Source of the DNA: Kaistella sp.
Lineage (GTDB): Bacteria > Bacteroidota > Bacteroidia > Flavobacteriales > Weeksellaceae
Length of the DNA: 64,000 nucleotides
Assembly: GCA_019104935.1 (NCBI GenBank)
Contig: JAHRWY010000265.1
Coordinates: 2,485 to 66,484 of the forward strand
Direction of reading: 5' to 3'
Part shown: positions 1 through 8,437 of the stretch, one piece after another
How the letters are laid out: each line of letters starts with the position of its first letter
Position numbering within the stretch: the stretch's first letter is position 1
The notes under the pieces: generated by a model
Seen by the model: only the letters and a program-made list of their open reading frames with translations
Databases searched by the model: none
What the model was told of the DNA's origin: nothing
Made by a program: the position numbers and the translations under genes

Positions 1-1
1 T

Positions 2-343
2 CAAAAGAATGCAAGCCAGAATACCGAGAACAAAACTTCGGGCTGGAATCACAATCTGGCGGCCTACATTTACCCGCTGGAAAACCATACAATAGGGTTC
101 TTCTGGGACGAAATCAATACCAAATCCAGAAACCAGAGTTTTAACAATGCTTTTTACGACCTTTCTTACCAGTACACGTGGGCAAAAAAGAAAATAGATT
201 TCGAAATCAAATGGCTCAATATTGCCGATACCAACGTTTTTGAAAGAATTACTTATGATCCGCAGTTTCTGTTAACCACGGTAAACTCCATCAGAATCCG
301 CCCAAGCCAGGTGATGTTTACGGTGAAGTTCAACTTTAAATAG
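2..343 (+). CDS. C-terminal fragment of an outer-membrane beta-barrel (TonB-dependent-receptor-like) protein, 5' truncated by the window edge
   Basis: Not in the ORF track. Frame 2 reads open from base 2 to TAG at 341-343: ...FYDLSYQYTWAKKKIDFEIKWLNIADTNVF...IRPSQVMFTVKFNFK*. It has alternating amphipathic strands and a terminal beta-signal-like VKFNF, and ends 6 nt before the GLPGLI gene. Confidence 0.75.
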   Translation, partial: QKNASQNTENKTSGWNHNLAAYIYPLENHTIGFFWDEINTKSRNQSFNNAFYDLSYQYTWAKKKIDFEIKWLNIADTNVFERITYDPQFLLTTVNSIRIRPSQVMFTVKFNFK

Positions 344-349
344 TAAATC

Positions 350-1222
350 ATGAAAAAATTATCAGCTTTATTTTTATTTGTTGGTTTGATGCTTTCTGCG
401 CAAAACAACAGGGTGATTTATGAATATAAATTCGCGCCGGATTCTACGAGAACCGACAGTCTGAAAACTGAATGGACGTATCTGGACATCAGTAAAAAAG
501 GATCGAAATTTTACAGCAAAAGCACTTTTGAAAGCGATTCAATCGTGCAGGAAAGTATTAAAAAGCAGCTGGCTTCGGGAATGAAAAATGTTTCAATATC
601 GAGGCAGCGGCAGGGAGGTGAAATTAATTATGAAGTGGAAAAAACCTACCCCGAATACAAAACCTATTTAATTGCAAGCGTAGGAAACGACGCGTATAAA
701 GTTCTGGAAGACCGCAAAATCAACTGGAAGATTGCACCCGAAAAGAAGAAGTTAGGGGAATTTAATGTTCAGAAGGCTACTGCGGAATTTGCCGGCAGAA
801 GCTGGATTGCGTGGTTCACTACCGATGTTCCGATTCAGGACGGACCTTATAAATTCTCAGGATTGCCGGGCTTAATTGTTGAAATTTATGACCACACCGG
901 CACCCATAAAATGGAACTGAAAGGCCTGAAAAAAATTACAGAAGCCAAAACTGAAGAACTCAACACCCAGGGAAAAGATATTCCGTTCACCAAAAAGAAA
1001 CCCATCGATGTAAACCGGCAGCAGTATGTAAAACAGCTGAAACAGTTCGAGAACGATCCCGTTCAGGGCATGCGCGAACTCCTTTCCCGTCCTAATTCCA
1101 AGGTAAAAATTAATGTGGGCGGCAAAGAAATTTCGGATCCTGCAGAGATTTTGCGGGCGATGGAGCAGAACGCCAAAGAAGAAATGTCCCGAAACAACAA
1201 TAAAATCGAGAAGATTCCTTAA
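350..1222 (+). CDS. GLPGLI family protein
   Basis: Sec signal peptide and the motif AWFTTDVPIQDGPYKFSGLPGLIVE. Confidence 0.9.
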   Translation: MKKLSALFLFVGLMLSAQNNRVIYEYKFAPDSTRTDSLKTEWTYLDISKKGSKFYSKSTFESDSIVQESIKKQLASGMKNVSISRQRQGGEINYEVEKTYPEYKTYLIASVGNDAYKVLEDRKINWKIAPEKKKLGEFNVQKATAEFAGRSWIAWFTTDVPIQDGPYKFSGLPGLIVEIYDHTGTHKMELKGLKKITEAKTEELNTQGKDIPFTKKKPIDVNRQQYVKQLKQFENDPVQGMRELLSRPNSKVKINVGGKEISDPAEILRAMEQNAKEEMSRNNNKIEKIP

Positions 1223-1227
1223 ACAGA

Positions 1228-1257
1228 AATACCGCTCTGCACCAGCAGAACGGTATT
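1228..1257. terminator. hairpin between convergent genes (likely bidirectional terminator)
   Basis: aataccgctctgc-acca-gcagaacggtatt. Confidence 0.65.
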
Positions 1258-1280
1258 CATCATTTATTTAAACATTAAAA

Positions 1281-1778
1281 CTAAAAGTTCTGTTCGTCGG
1301 CGCTTGGGCCGTAACTTCCCGGAACAGGAATTTCATTCAATCGGTAATATACGCCCAATTGCGCTCTGTGGTGCGTAAGCTGGTTCAGGGCATGGCGAAT
1401 GGCGCTGTATTTTGTATAATCTGCCAACAGCTGGTCGCCCATGTACATTGCCCATTTTCCGTTGAGGCCGTCTTCAGAAAGTTGGTTCAATGCAGCGTGG
1501 CTTTTGTTGTAAAATTCTTCGAGTTTTTGATTCAGTTCTTCCCCGGTTGTAAATTTTAACGGTTGGTAATCCCCAGCAGCAAAATCAAGTTTTTCGGTAT
1601 TCAGAATAATCTCCGGCCAGCCTACAATTTCCACAATATGCGTCGCGACCGGCATCATTTTCATGCTTTTTTCGTGTGGCGCATAATCGTTTTTACCTAC
1701 GGGAAAGTTTTCAATGAACTTTTTAGTGGTTTCATATTCCTGCTGAAATTCAGTTTTAAGATTCGGCAAAGTTTCCAT
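1281..1778 (-). CDS. DinB/YfiT superfamily protein
   Basis: YAPHEKSM..VATHI, HHRAQLGVYYRLNEIPVPGSYGPSAD. Confidence 0.85.
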   Translation of the reverse strand: METLPNLKTEFQQEYETTKKFIENFPVGKNDYAPHEKSMKMMPVATHIVEIVGWPEIILNTEKLDFAAGDYQPLKFTTGEELNQKLEEFYNKSHAALNQLSEDGLNGKWAMYMGDQLLADYTKYSAIRHALNQLTHHRAQLGVYYRLNEIPVPGSYGPSADEQNF

Positions 1779-1859
1779 AATAATTTGTTTTGTGAAATAA
1801 AATTAAGCCGAAATCGGTGAATGCCAGTCACAAAAAAATATAATTTATTCTTAAAATTT

Positions 1860-1889
1860 TGTAACAAATGAAACCTTCCATGCACTAAT
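1860..1889 (+). promoter_or_regulatory. putative ECF-sigma promoter of the second GLPGLI gene
   Basis: TGTAAC-N16-GCACTAAT, sharing TGTAACAAAT with the tolC promoter. Confidence 0.4.
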
Positions 1890-1904
1890 TATTAAAATCG
1901 AAAT

Positions 1905-2801
1905 ATGAAAAAATTTGCCAGCCTTTTTTTATTGACCTTCTTTTTTGCCATGAATGCGCAGGAAACTGCGAACAGATTCTTCTATGAACTGAATTACAAG
2001 CCAAAGAAAGATTCTGCAAGAACGGAAAAAGTAATGATGGTTCTGGACATTACAAAAGAAAAATCAATTTACCGCGACTATACCATGATTGCCCAGGATT
2101 CTGTTCTGAAAATCCAGGTAGATGCGATGCAGAAATCAGGTGCTTTCAAAGATCTTTCGAAGATGGTGACGATGCCGAAATTTTCAGAGAAAGTATATAA
2201 ATTTTATCCCGACATGAAAGTGCAGTACGTGGAAAGAATTTCCAGCGGTTTTACCCCGATGAATATCGGATATAATGACGACACCAAATTTAACTGGAAA
2301 ATCCTGAACGAGAAAGCAAAAATCGGGAGCTACAATGCCCAGAAGGCAACTACTGAATTTGGCGGCAGAAAATGGAATGCGTGGTTCAGTTCAGATATTC
2401 CGCTTCAGGACGGCCCGTATAAATTTAATGGCCTGCCGGGGCTTATCGTAAAAATTGAAGATGAAGGAAAGAATTATTCCTGGGAACTGAAAGGAAACAA
2501 AAAAGTTGAAAATTTTAACGAAGTTACTTATCTGGAATCAATTTCTCCGGGTGGAAACGGCGGAAAAGTTCAGGAAGTATCCCGCGAAAAATTCGATAAA
2601 ACCTTTAATGACTTTAAGAAAGATCCGTTTGCTTCTACAAGACCGCTGCTGAAACCTGAGATGTTATCGCAGAAAATGCCCGGAAGCGACACTACCATCG
2701 GCGATATGGTAAAACAGCAGGAAAAAATGCTGAAAGATTTCTACGGAGCCAACAATAATCCGATAGAAATTCCTGCTCCACCTGCGAAAGGGAAAAAATA
2801 G
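1905..2801 (+). CDS. GLPGLI family protein
   Basis: Signal peptide and AWFSSDIPLQDGPYKFNGLPGLIVK; paralog of 350..1222. Confidence 0.9.
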   Translation: MKKFASLFLLTFFFAMNAQETANRFFYELNYKPKKDSARTEKVMMVLDITKEKSIYRDYTMIAQDSVLKIQVDAMQKSGAFKDLSKMVTMPKFSEKVYKFYPDMKVQYVERISSGFTPMNIGYNDDTKFNWKILNEKAKIGSYNAQKATTEFGGRKWNAWFSSDIPLQDGPYKFNGLPGLIVKIEDEGKNYSWELKGNKKVENFNEVTYLESISPGGNGGKVQEVSREKFDKTFNDFKKDPFASTRPLLKPEMLSQKMPGSDTTIGDMVKQQEKMLKDFYGANNNPIEIPAPPAKGKK

Positions 2802-2831
2802 TTCATTCATACGCTAAATTATATTTTTGTC

Positions 2832-2866
2832 AACCCTGGAACATAATTGTGTTTCAGGGTTTTTTT
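2832..2866 (+). terminator. intrinsic terminator
   Basis: aaccctggaaca...tgtttcagggtt followed by a T run. Confidence 0.7.
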
Positions 2867-2886
2867 GCGATTTTCCTCACAAAACC

Positions 2887-2909
2887 TTATTTAGATTAAA
2901 TTTAAATAA
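2887..2909. promoter_or_regulatory. putative Fur-type (iron repressor) operator upstream of feoAB
   Basis: 9-5-9 palindrome TTATTTAGA-TTAAA-TTTAAATAA (8/9 arm match) just upstream of the -7 box of an iron-uptake operon. Confidence 0.6.
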
Positions 2910-2911
2910 CC

Positions 2912-2919
2912 TATCTTTG
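2912..2919 (+). promoter_or_regulatory. Bacteroidota primary-sigma -7 element for feoAB
   Basis: TATCTTTG matches TAnnTTTG. Confidence 0.65.
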
Positions 2920-2937
2920 CGGTATAAATTTTTAGTG

Positions 2938-3192
2938 TTGAAAAGAGATCGTTCAGACAAATTATGCTGTTTCCCGAAAAACAAATTCGGAAAAATTGTA
3001 GGTTATGAAAATGATGACCTTAAGATGCCAAATAAAATTATCGAAATGGGTCTTCTGCCGGATACCGCTTTTAAAATCCTTTATCAGGCGCCGTTCAGCG
3101 GGCCGCTTTACGTGGAATTTGGTGATGAAAAAAGCAGAATTGCCCTCCGTGAAGAAGAAGCGCGGTTCATTGTCGTGCAGCCGTTAACTTAA
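2938..3192 (+). CDS. feoA: ferrous iron transport protein A
   Basis: KIIEMGLLP...APFSGPLYV...IALREEEA. Start moved to TTG 2938 (or GTG 2935) because the longer track ORF runs through a terminator and promoter. Confidence 0.85.
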   Translation: MKRDRSDKLCCFPKNKFGKIVGYENDDLKMPNKIIEMGLLPDTAFKILYQAPFSGPLYVEFGDEKSRIALREEEARFIVVQPLT

Positions 3193-3232
3193 ATTTCAAA
3201 TCATTTTCTCCGGAAATTAAGGCGAAGTAGAA

Positions 3233-5269
3233 ATGCAGAAAATCTTAAACAAAAAACAGATCCTCCTCGTAGGAAATCCCAACGTAGGTAAATCAACCGT
3301 ATTTAACCTGCTCTGCAACAAAAACCAGAAAACAGGAAATTATGCCGGAGTTACCGTAGCCAGCCATTCCGGAAATTACGAATACAAAGGCGAAGAGGTA
3401 GAGGTAATCGACTTGCCGGGTTCATACAGTGTGTACCCAACTTCTGAAGATGAGGCTATTTTTTCCAAATTTTTAGTTGAGGAACAGCAAAATTATTCGG
3501 GCGTTGTTTATCTTCTGGAAGCGCTAAGTATTAAAAGAGGTTTACTGCTTTTTCAGCAAGTTCAGGATTTGGGAATTCCTGTTTTACTCGTTGTAAATCA
3601 AATCGACCAGGCAGAACGGAGAGGAATCAACATCAATCTCGAAGAACTTTCGAAAGAATTGAATGTGCAGGTTTTGCGCACCAATGCCAAACAGAATCTG
3701 GGAATCGACGAACTGCGCGAAGCAATTTTCAAAAATAATTTTTCCAGGTCTGAAACTGTTTCTTTCGAAATTCCGCTGGAGCAGAAAGGGCTTGTCTTTA
3801 AAATATTAGCCGAAACAAAAGAAAGCAACCAGTATAAAGTCTGGACGCTGCTTGCATCCGATACCTATCTTGGCAAACTGGAATCTGTAAATGACCAGAT
3901 CAATCAGGACGAAATTAGATGCCTTGTTCCCAAACGTTTACAGACTCAGGAAACCATAAGACGTTACCAGAATATCGACCGGATTATTACTAAGGTTTTG
4001 TCGAAAAAACCCAACTTCAAAGAACTGCTTACCGAGAAATTAGATAAAATTCTGGTACATCAATTCTGGGGTTATGTGGTTTTTGCAATGATTCTGCTGC
4101 TGATATTCCAGAGTGTATTTTTCCTGGCAGAATATCCGATGAACTGGATTTCCGATGCGTTCTTCTGGCTGTCATCTTTCACTGCAGAACATCTTCCGCA
4201 GGGTCCAATCAATTCACTGATTTCAAATGGAATTATCCCGGGAATCGGCGGAATTGCAATGTTTGCCCCTCAAATCGGGATTCTTTTATATTTTCTTTAC
4301 CTGCTTGAAGATTCCGGCTACATGTCGCGGGTTATATTTTTAATGGACCGCTTTTTAAAACCTTTCGGACTCAACGGTAAAAGTATTGTGCCTTTGGTTT
4401 CAGGTACTGCATGCGCCATCCCGGCGGTAATGTCGACCCGGAATATCGAGAATGTTAGGGAAAGACTCATTACCATTCTTGTTACGCCTTTTATGACGTG
4501 TTCGGCAAGACTTCCGGTTTACAGTATCATTATTTCTTTGGTCATTCCGGATCATTATTTTCTCGGAATAAGTTATAAAGCGTTGGTACTGATGGGAATG
4601 TATTTCCTTGGCTTTTTTGCCGCGCTTTCTGCTGCACTTTTACTTAAAACGGTAATCAGAAACAAAACGAAATCGTTCCTTGTAATGGATTTGCCTTCGT
4701 ATAAAATGCCGCTTTTCGGGTACGATTTTAAACTGATGTTGGGTAAAGTCTGGGATTTTATCACCGGAGCAGGTAAAATTATCTTTTTCTTCAGCATCAT
4801 TATCTGGGTATTCAGTTATTTAGGACCTAAACAAAACCAAAACGAGTTTGTCGCTACCGATGTAAAACTGGAGCATTCTTACCTTGCCAAAGCCGGAAAG
4901 TTCATAGAACCCGCCATTGCACCGCTGGGATACGACTGGAAAATGGGTGTCGGAGTACTGACAAGTTTCGTTGCCCGCGAAGTGTTTGTAGGAACTCTTT
5001 CTACGCTTTACAGTTTGGACGATGAGGCGCCGGAAGAACGTATTATCGACAAAATGCGCAACGATATAAAGCCTAACGGTGAAAAAGTTTTCAGCTTTGC
5101 AACGGGGATTTCAATTCTGGTATTTTATGCATTCGCAATGCAGTGTGCTGCAACTTTGGCAGTAGTATACCGGGAAACAAAATCATGGAAATGGACTCTG
5201 ATCCAGCTTTTCGGAATGTCGGGATTCGCGTATCTCGCTTCATTTATAACTTATCAGTTACTTAAATAA
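3233..5269 (+). CDS. feoB: ferrous iron transport protein B
   Basis: GNPNVGKS, NYAGVT and DLPG GTPase motifs; gate motifs ACAIPA, PFMTCSARLP, AREV, MQC. Confidence 0.97.
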   Translation: MQKILNKKQILLVGNPNVGKSTVFNLLCNKNQKTGNYAGVTVASHSGNYEYKGEEVEVIDLPGSYSVYPTSEDEAIFSKFLVEEQQNYSGVVYLLEALSIKRGLLLFQQVQDLGIPVLLVVNQIDQAERRGININLEELSKELNVQVLRTNAKQNLGIDELREAIFKNNFSRSETVSFEIPLEQKGLVFKILAETKESNQYKVWTLLASDTYLGKLESVNDQINQDEIRCLVPKRLQTQETIRRYQNIDRIITKVLSKKPNFKELLTEKLDKILVHQFWGYVVFAMILLLIFQSVFFLAEYPMNWISDAFFWLSSFTAEHLPQGPINSLISNGIIPGIGGIAMFAPQIGILLYFLYLLEDSGYMSRVIFLMDRFLKPFGLNGKSIVPLVSGTACAIPAVMSTRNIENVRERLITILVTPFMTCSARLPVYSIIISLVIPDHYFLGISYKALVLMGMYFLGFFAALSAALLLKTVIRNKTKSFLVMDLPSYKMPLFGYDFKLMLGKVWDFITGAGKIIFFFSIIIWVFSYLGPKQNQNEFVATDVKLEHSYLAKAGKFIEPAIAPLGYDWKMGVGVLTSFVAREVFVGTLSTLYSLDDEAPEERIIDKMRNDIKPNGEKVFSFATGISILVFYAFAMQCAATLAVVYRETKSWKWTLIQLFGMSGFAYLASFITYQLLK

Positions 5270-5418
5270 TGGAAAACGCTTTAATTCTGCAATATTTGCT
5301 CGTCGCGGTAATTGTTATTTTTGCCGCTTACTCCATCTTTAAGATTTTGAAAAAAACCTTTTCACCCAATAAATTCAAAAAGGGGAAACCGGGCTGCGAT
5401 TCAGATTGCTGTTCATAA
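5269..5418 (+). CDS. FeoB-associated Cys-rich membrane peptide (49 aa)
   Basis: Not in the ORF track. TAATG overlap with the feoB stop; MENALILQYLLVAVIVIFAAYSIFKILKKTFSPNKFKKGKPGCDSDCCS* has one TM helix and a CxxxCC tail. Confidence 0.85.
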   Translation: MENALILQYLLVAVIVIFAAYSIFKILKKTFSPNKFKKGKPGCDSDCCS

Positions 5419-5449
5419 TCTGTTCACTTTACGTAGATTTTTTTATTCG

Positions 5450-5457
5450 TAATTTTG
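5450..5457 (+). promoter_or_regulatory. -7 promoter element for glmM
   Basis: TAATTTTG. Confidence 0.55.
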
Positions 5458-5495
5458 CCTCAGTTTAAATCAACCGTTTTAAAATCAATCATGCA

Positions 5496-6878
5496 ATGGC
5501 ATTAATCAAAAGTATATCAGGAATCCGTGGAACCATCGGCGGCAAAGTAAATGAAAATCTTACACCGCTGGATGTGGTGAAGTTTGCTTCTGCGTTTGGA
5601 ACCTGGCTTCAAAACAATAAAAATAAGAAAGACTTAACCCTTGTCGTTGGCCGTGATGCCCGTATTTCCGGAGCAATGGTAAATTCTTTGGTTACCGCAA
5701 CTTTGCAGGGACTTGGGATCCACGTTATCGATCTGGGACTTTCTACAACGCCAACAGTGGAGGTGATGGTTCCTGAACTGAATGCCGACGGTGGAATTAT
5801 CCTTACCGCTTCACACAACCCAAAACAGTGGAACGCGCTGAAACTTTTAAATGAAAAAGGTGAATTCATCAGCGGAGAAAACGGTACTGAAGTTTTGGCC
5901 TTAGCTGAAAGTGAGGAATTCAATTATGCTGAGGTAGATGATTTGGGAAAATATGAAACCAGAGACGATGGTTTTGCGATTCATATTCAGAAGATTCTGG
6001 ATTTACCGATGGTGGACGCCGAAGCCATTAAAGCCAAAAAATATAAAATCGTTGTAGATGCGGTAAATTCAACCGGCGGAATCGCGATTCCACAGCTTTT
6101 GGAGCATTTAGGCTGCGAAGTTATCAAACTTTACTGCGAACCTAACGGTCATTTCCCTCACAATCCGGAACCTTTGAAGGAGCATTTGGGCGATATCTGC
6201 GAACTGGTGAAGAAAGAAAAAGCAGACCTCGGAATCGTTGTAGATCCGGATGTAGACCGTTTGGCGTTGGTAGACGAAAACGGCGAACTTTTCGGGGAAG
6301 AATACACCCTAGTTGCGGTGGCTGATTACCTTTTGAAAAATAAAAAAGGAGTAGCAGTATCCAACCTTTCATCAAGCCGCGCATTGAGAGATGTGGCTAT
6401 AAAACACGATTCAGCGTATTTTGCAAGTGCAGTGGGTGAAGTGAATGTGGTAACTTTAATGAAAGCCAAAAACGCGGTCATCGGCGGCGAAGGAAATGGC
6501 GGAATCATTTATCCGGATCTTCATTACGGAAGAGATTCTTTGGTAGGGGTGGCATTATTTTTAACGCATCTGGCTAACGAAAACAAAACAGTTTCTGAAC
6601 TTCGAGCGACATACCCGAGCTATTTCATGGGCAAAAAGAAAATTGAACTTACACCGGATATTGATGTGGATTCACTTTTAACTAAAATGGAAAAGGAATA
6701 TCAAAATGAAGAGGTTTCTACGGTAGATGGCGTGAAGATTGATTTCGATAATAATTGGGTGCACTTAAGAAAGTCCAATACCGAGCCGATTATCAGGATT
6801 TATACCGAAGCTTTTTCTCAGGAAGAAGCCGACAGTTTGGGAGACCAAATGATTACAAAAATAAAAAGTTTGATTTAA
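5496..6878 (+). CDS. glmM: phosphoglucosamine mutase (alpha-D-phosphohexomutase family)
   Basis: TASHNP phosphoserine loop, DPDVDR metal loop, GEGNGG, RKSNTEP. Confidence 0.85.
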   Translation: MALIKSISGIRGTIGGKVNENLTPLDVVKFASAFGTWLQNNKNKKDLTLVVGRDARISGAMVNSLVTATLQGLGIHVIDLGLSTTPTVEVMVPELNADGGIILTASHNPKQWNALKLLNEKGEFISGENGTEVLALAESEEFNYAEVDDLGKYETRDDGFAIHIQKILDLPMVDAEAIKAKKYKIVVDAVNSTGGIAIPQLLEHLGCEVIKLYCEPNGHFPHNPEPLKEHLGDICELVKKEKADLGIVVDPDVDRLALVDENGELFGEEYTLVAVADYLLKNKKGVAVSNLSSSRALRDVAIKHDSAYFASAVGEVNVVTLMKAKNAVIGGEGNGGIIYPDLHYGRDSLVGVALFLTHLANENKTVSELRATYPSYFMGKKKIELTPDIDVDSLLTKMEKEYQNEEVSTVDGVKIDFDNNWVHLRKSNTEPIIRIYTEAFSQEEADSLGDQMITKIKSLI

Positions 6879-6973
6879 GATCATCTTTATATTAAATTAG
6901 ATTATTAATAAAACGTTTTTCCGAAGTTTGTAAGCATGCTTCAAATTTTTGGAAATAACACTGAGAATATAAA

Positions 6974-8344
6974 TTGGAAGAATTTTTTGAAAACGAACTC
7001 ATTAGAAAGTTCGAAGAAATGGTAGAAAACAATGATGAGCTGTACTTCGAGACCGAAGAGTACGAAGACATCATCATTTACTACCTTGAAATGGGCGATA
7101 TTTCCTTTGCGGAAATGGCGACCAATTATGCGCTGAAACTTCATCCGAATTCTTTAGAACTGAAAATTAAAAAGTTTGAGGTTTTACTTGAACTAGAAAA
7201 TTATACACAGGCCAAAGAACTAATGCAGGAGCTTCAGGAAGCTTCTATGGAAAGCACCGATTTTCTGGTGTGCTGTGCCAAATACTACTCGAATCTGGGA
7301 AACCCGAGACGTGCGATTACGTATTGTGAAAGGGCTTTGGAGTTGGAGGAAGAAGAAAATTTCCTGCACAATTTCATCGCTGACGAGTATGTTAATCTGG
7401 AAGATCCGTTCAACGCACTGAAGCATTATAAATTGGCATTAAAGTATGACCAGCAGGACGATTATTCGCTCGAAAATGTAATGTTTTGCTATAATCAGCT
7501 GAGCAGAAGTGATGAAGCGATTGAATTTCTTAACGGATATCTGAATCAGTTTGCTTTTTCTGAAACTGCCTGGTACGAATACGGACAGTTTTATTTCAAC
7601 CGCAAGAATTACGAAGAAGCCATCCGTGGGTTCGATTATCTTCTCGCGATAAATCCACAGTCTGTTGGCGTATATGCCAATAAAGCAGCGTGTTATGAAG
7701 CGATGGGCGAGTGGCTGAAAGCGGTGGAAGTTTATGAAGAAATGCTGGAACTGGAATACACCAAATCCTTCACATTCTATAAAATCGGGTTGTGTTATAA
7801 AGAAAACAAACAGCCTGTTTTAGCGCTAAATGCGTTCCAGAAATCTTTAAGAGACGATCCGCAGTTCTATCTTTCGATGATGGAGCAATCGTATATCTAC
7901 GAAGAAATGGGCAGTATGAAAGAGGCGCTGCATTTTGCGAAAGAAGCTGTTTCGATGAATGATAACAATCTGGATTATCAGAAAAGGCTGGCGTTTTTAT
8001 ATATCGACTCCGGACGGTTTGAGGAAAGTTTGGTTTGCTTGAAAAAGTTGGTAGATTTCGAGCCAAACCGGTTTTATAATTGGTACGCTTATTCGGAAGT
8101 TTTAATGCTCATCGGTGAATTTGAAGAAGCAATTACGGTTTTAAATCAAGCTACAAAGCTTCACAACCGTGCTGAAATTTATTATCAGTTGAGCAACTGC
8201 TATTTCCACATGAATAACCAGAAAGAAGGCAGAAAAGCCCTGGATGTAGCTTTAGATCTGGATCCCAATCTTCTCGAAGATATGAAACTGAAATATCCTT
8301 TCATTAAAGAAGAAGTTGAAAAAGTAAAAACGAAAAAGAAATAA
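6974..8344 (+). CDS. tetratricopeptide repeat protein
   Basis: Tandem TPR-like helices (AWYEYG...A...F..LLAINP); TTG start. Confidence 0.85.
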   Translation: MEEFFENELIRKFEEMVENNDELYFETEEYEDIIIYYLEMGDISFAEMATNYALKLHPNSLELKIKKFEVLLELENYTQAKELMQELQEASMESTDFLVCCAKYYSNLGNPRRAITYCERALELEEEENFLHNFIADEYVNLEDPFNALKHYKLALKYDQQDDYSLENVMFCYNQLSRSDEAIEFLNGYLNQFAFSETAWYEYGQFYFNRKNYEEAIRGFDYLLAINPQSVGVYANKAACYEAMGEWLKAVEVYEEMLELEYTKSFTFYKIGLCYKENKQPVLALNAFQKSLRDDPQFYLSMMEQSYIYEEMGSMKEALHFAKEAVSMNDNNLDYQKRLAFLYIDSGRFEESLVCLKKLVDFEPNRFYNWYAYSEVLMLIGEFEEAITVLNQATKLHNRAEIYYQLSNCYFHMNNQKEGRKALDVALDLDPNLLEDMKLKYPFIKEEVEKVKTKKK

Positions 8345-8384
8345 TTTAAAGCATCAGCTATTGGATTTGAACTTTAGATAAATC

Positions 8385-8428
8385 AATAAATAAACCCCTG
8401 TCAATCATTTAACAGGGGTTTATTTATT
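8385..8428. terminator. bidirectional intrinsic terminator
   Basis: Perfect 17-bp inverted repeat aataaataaacccctgt / acaggggtttatttatt between convergent genes. Confidence 0.8.
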
Positions 8429-8437
8429 TTAGCACTT

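Noticed and set aside
2827-2937. N-terminal extension of FeoA given by the ORF track
   Set aside because: It spans a terminator, the operator and the -7 box, so the true start is downstream.
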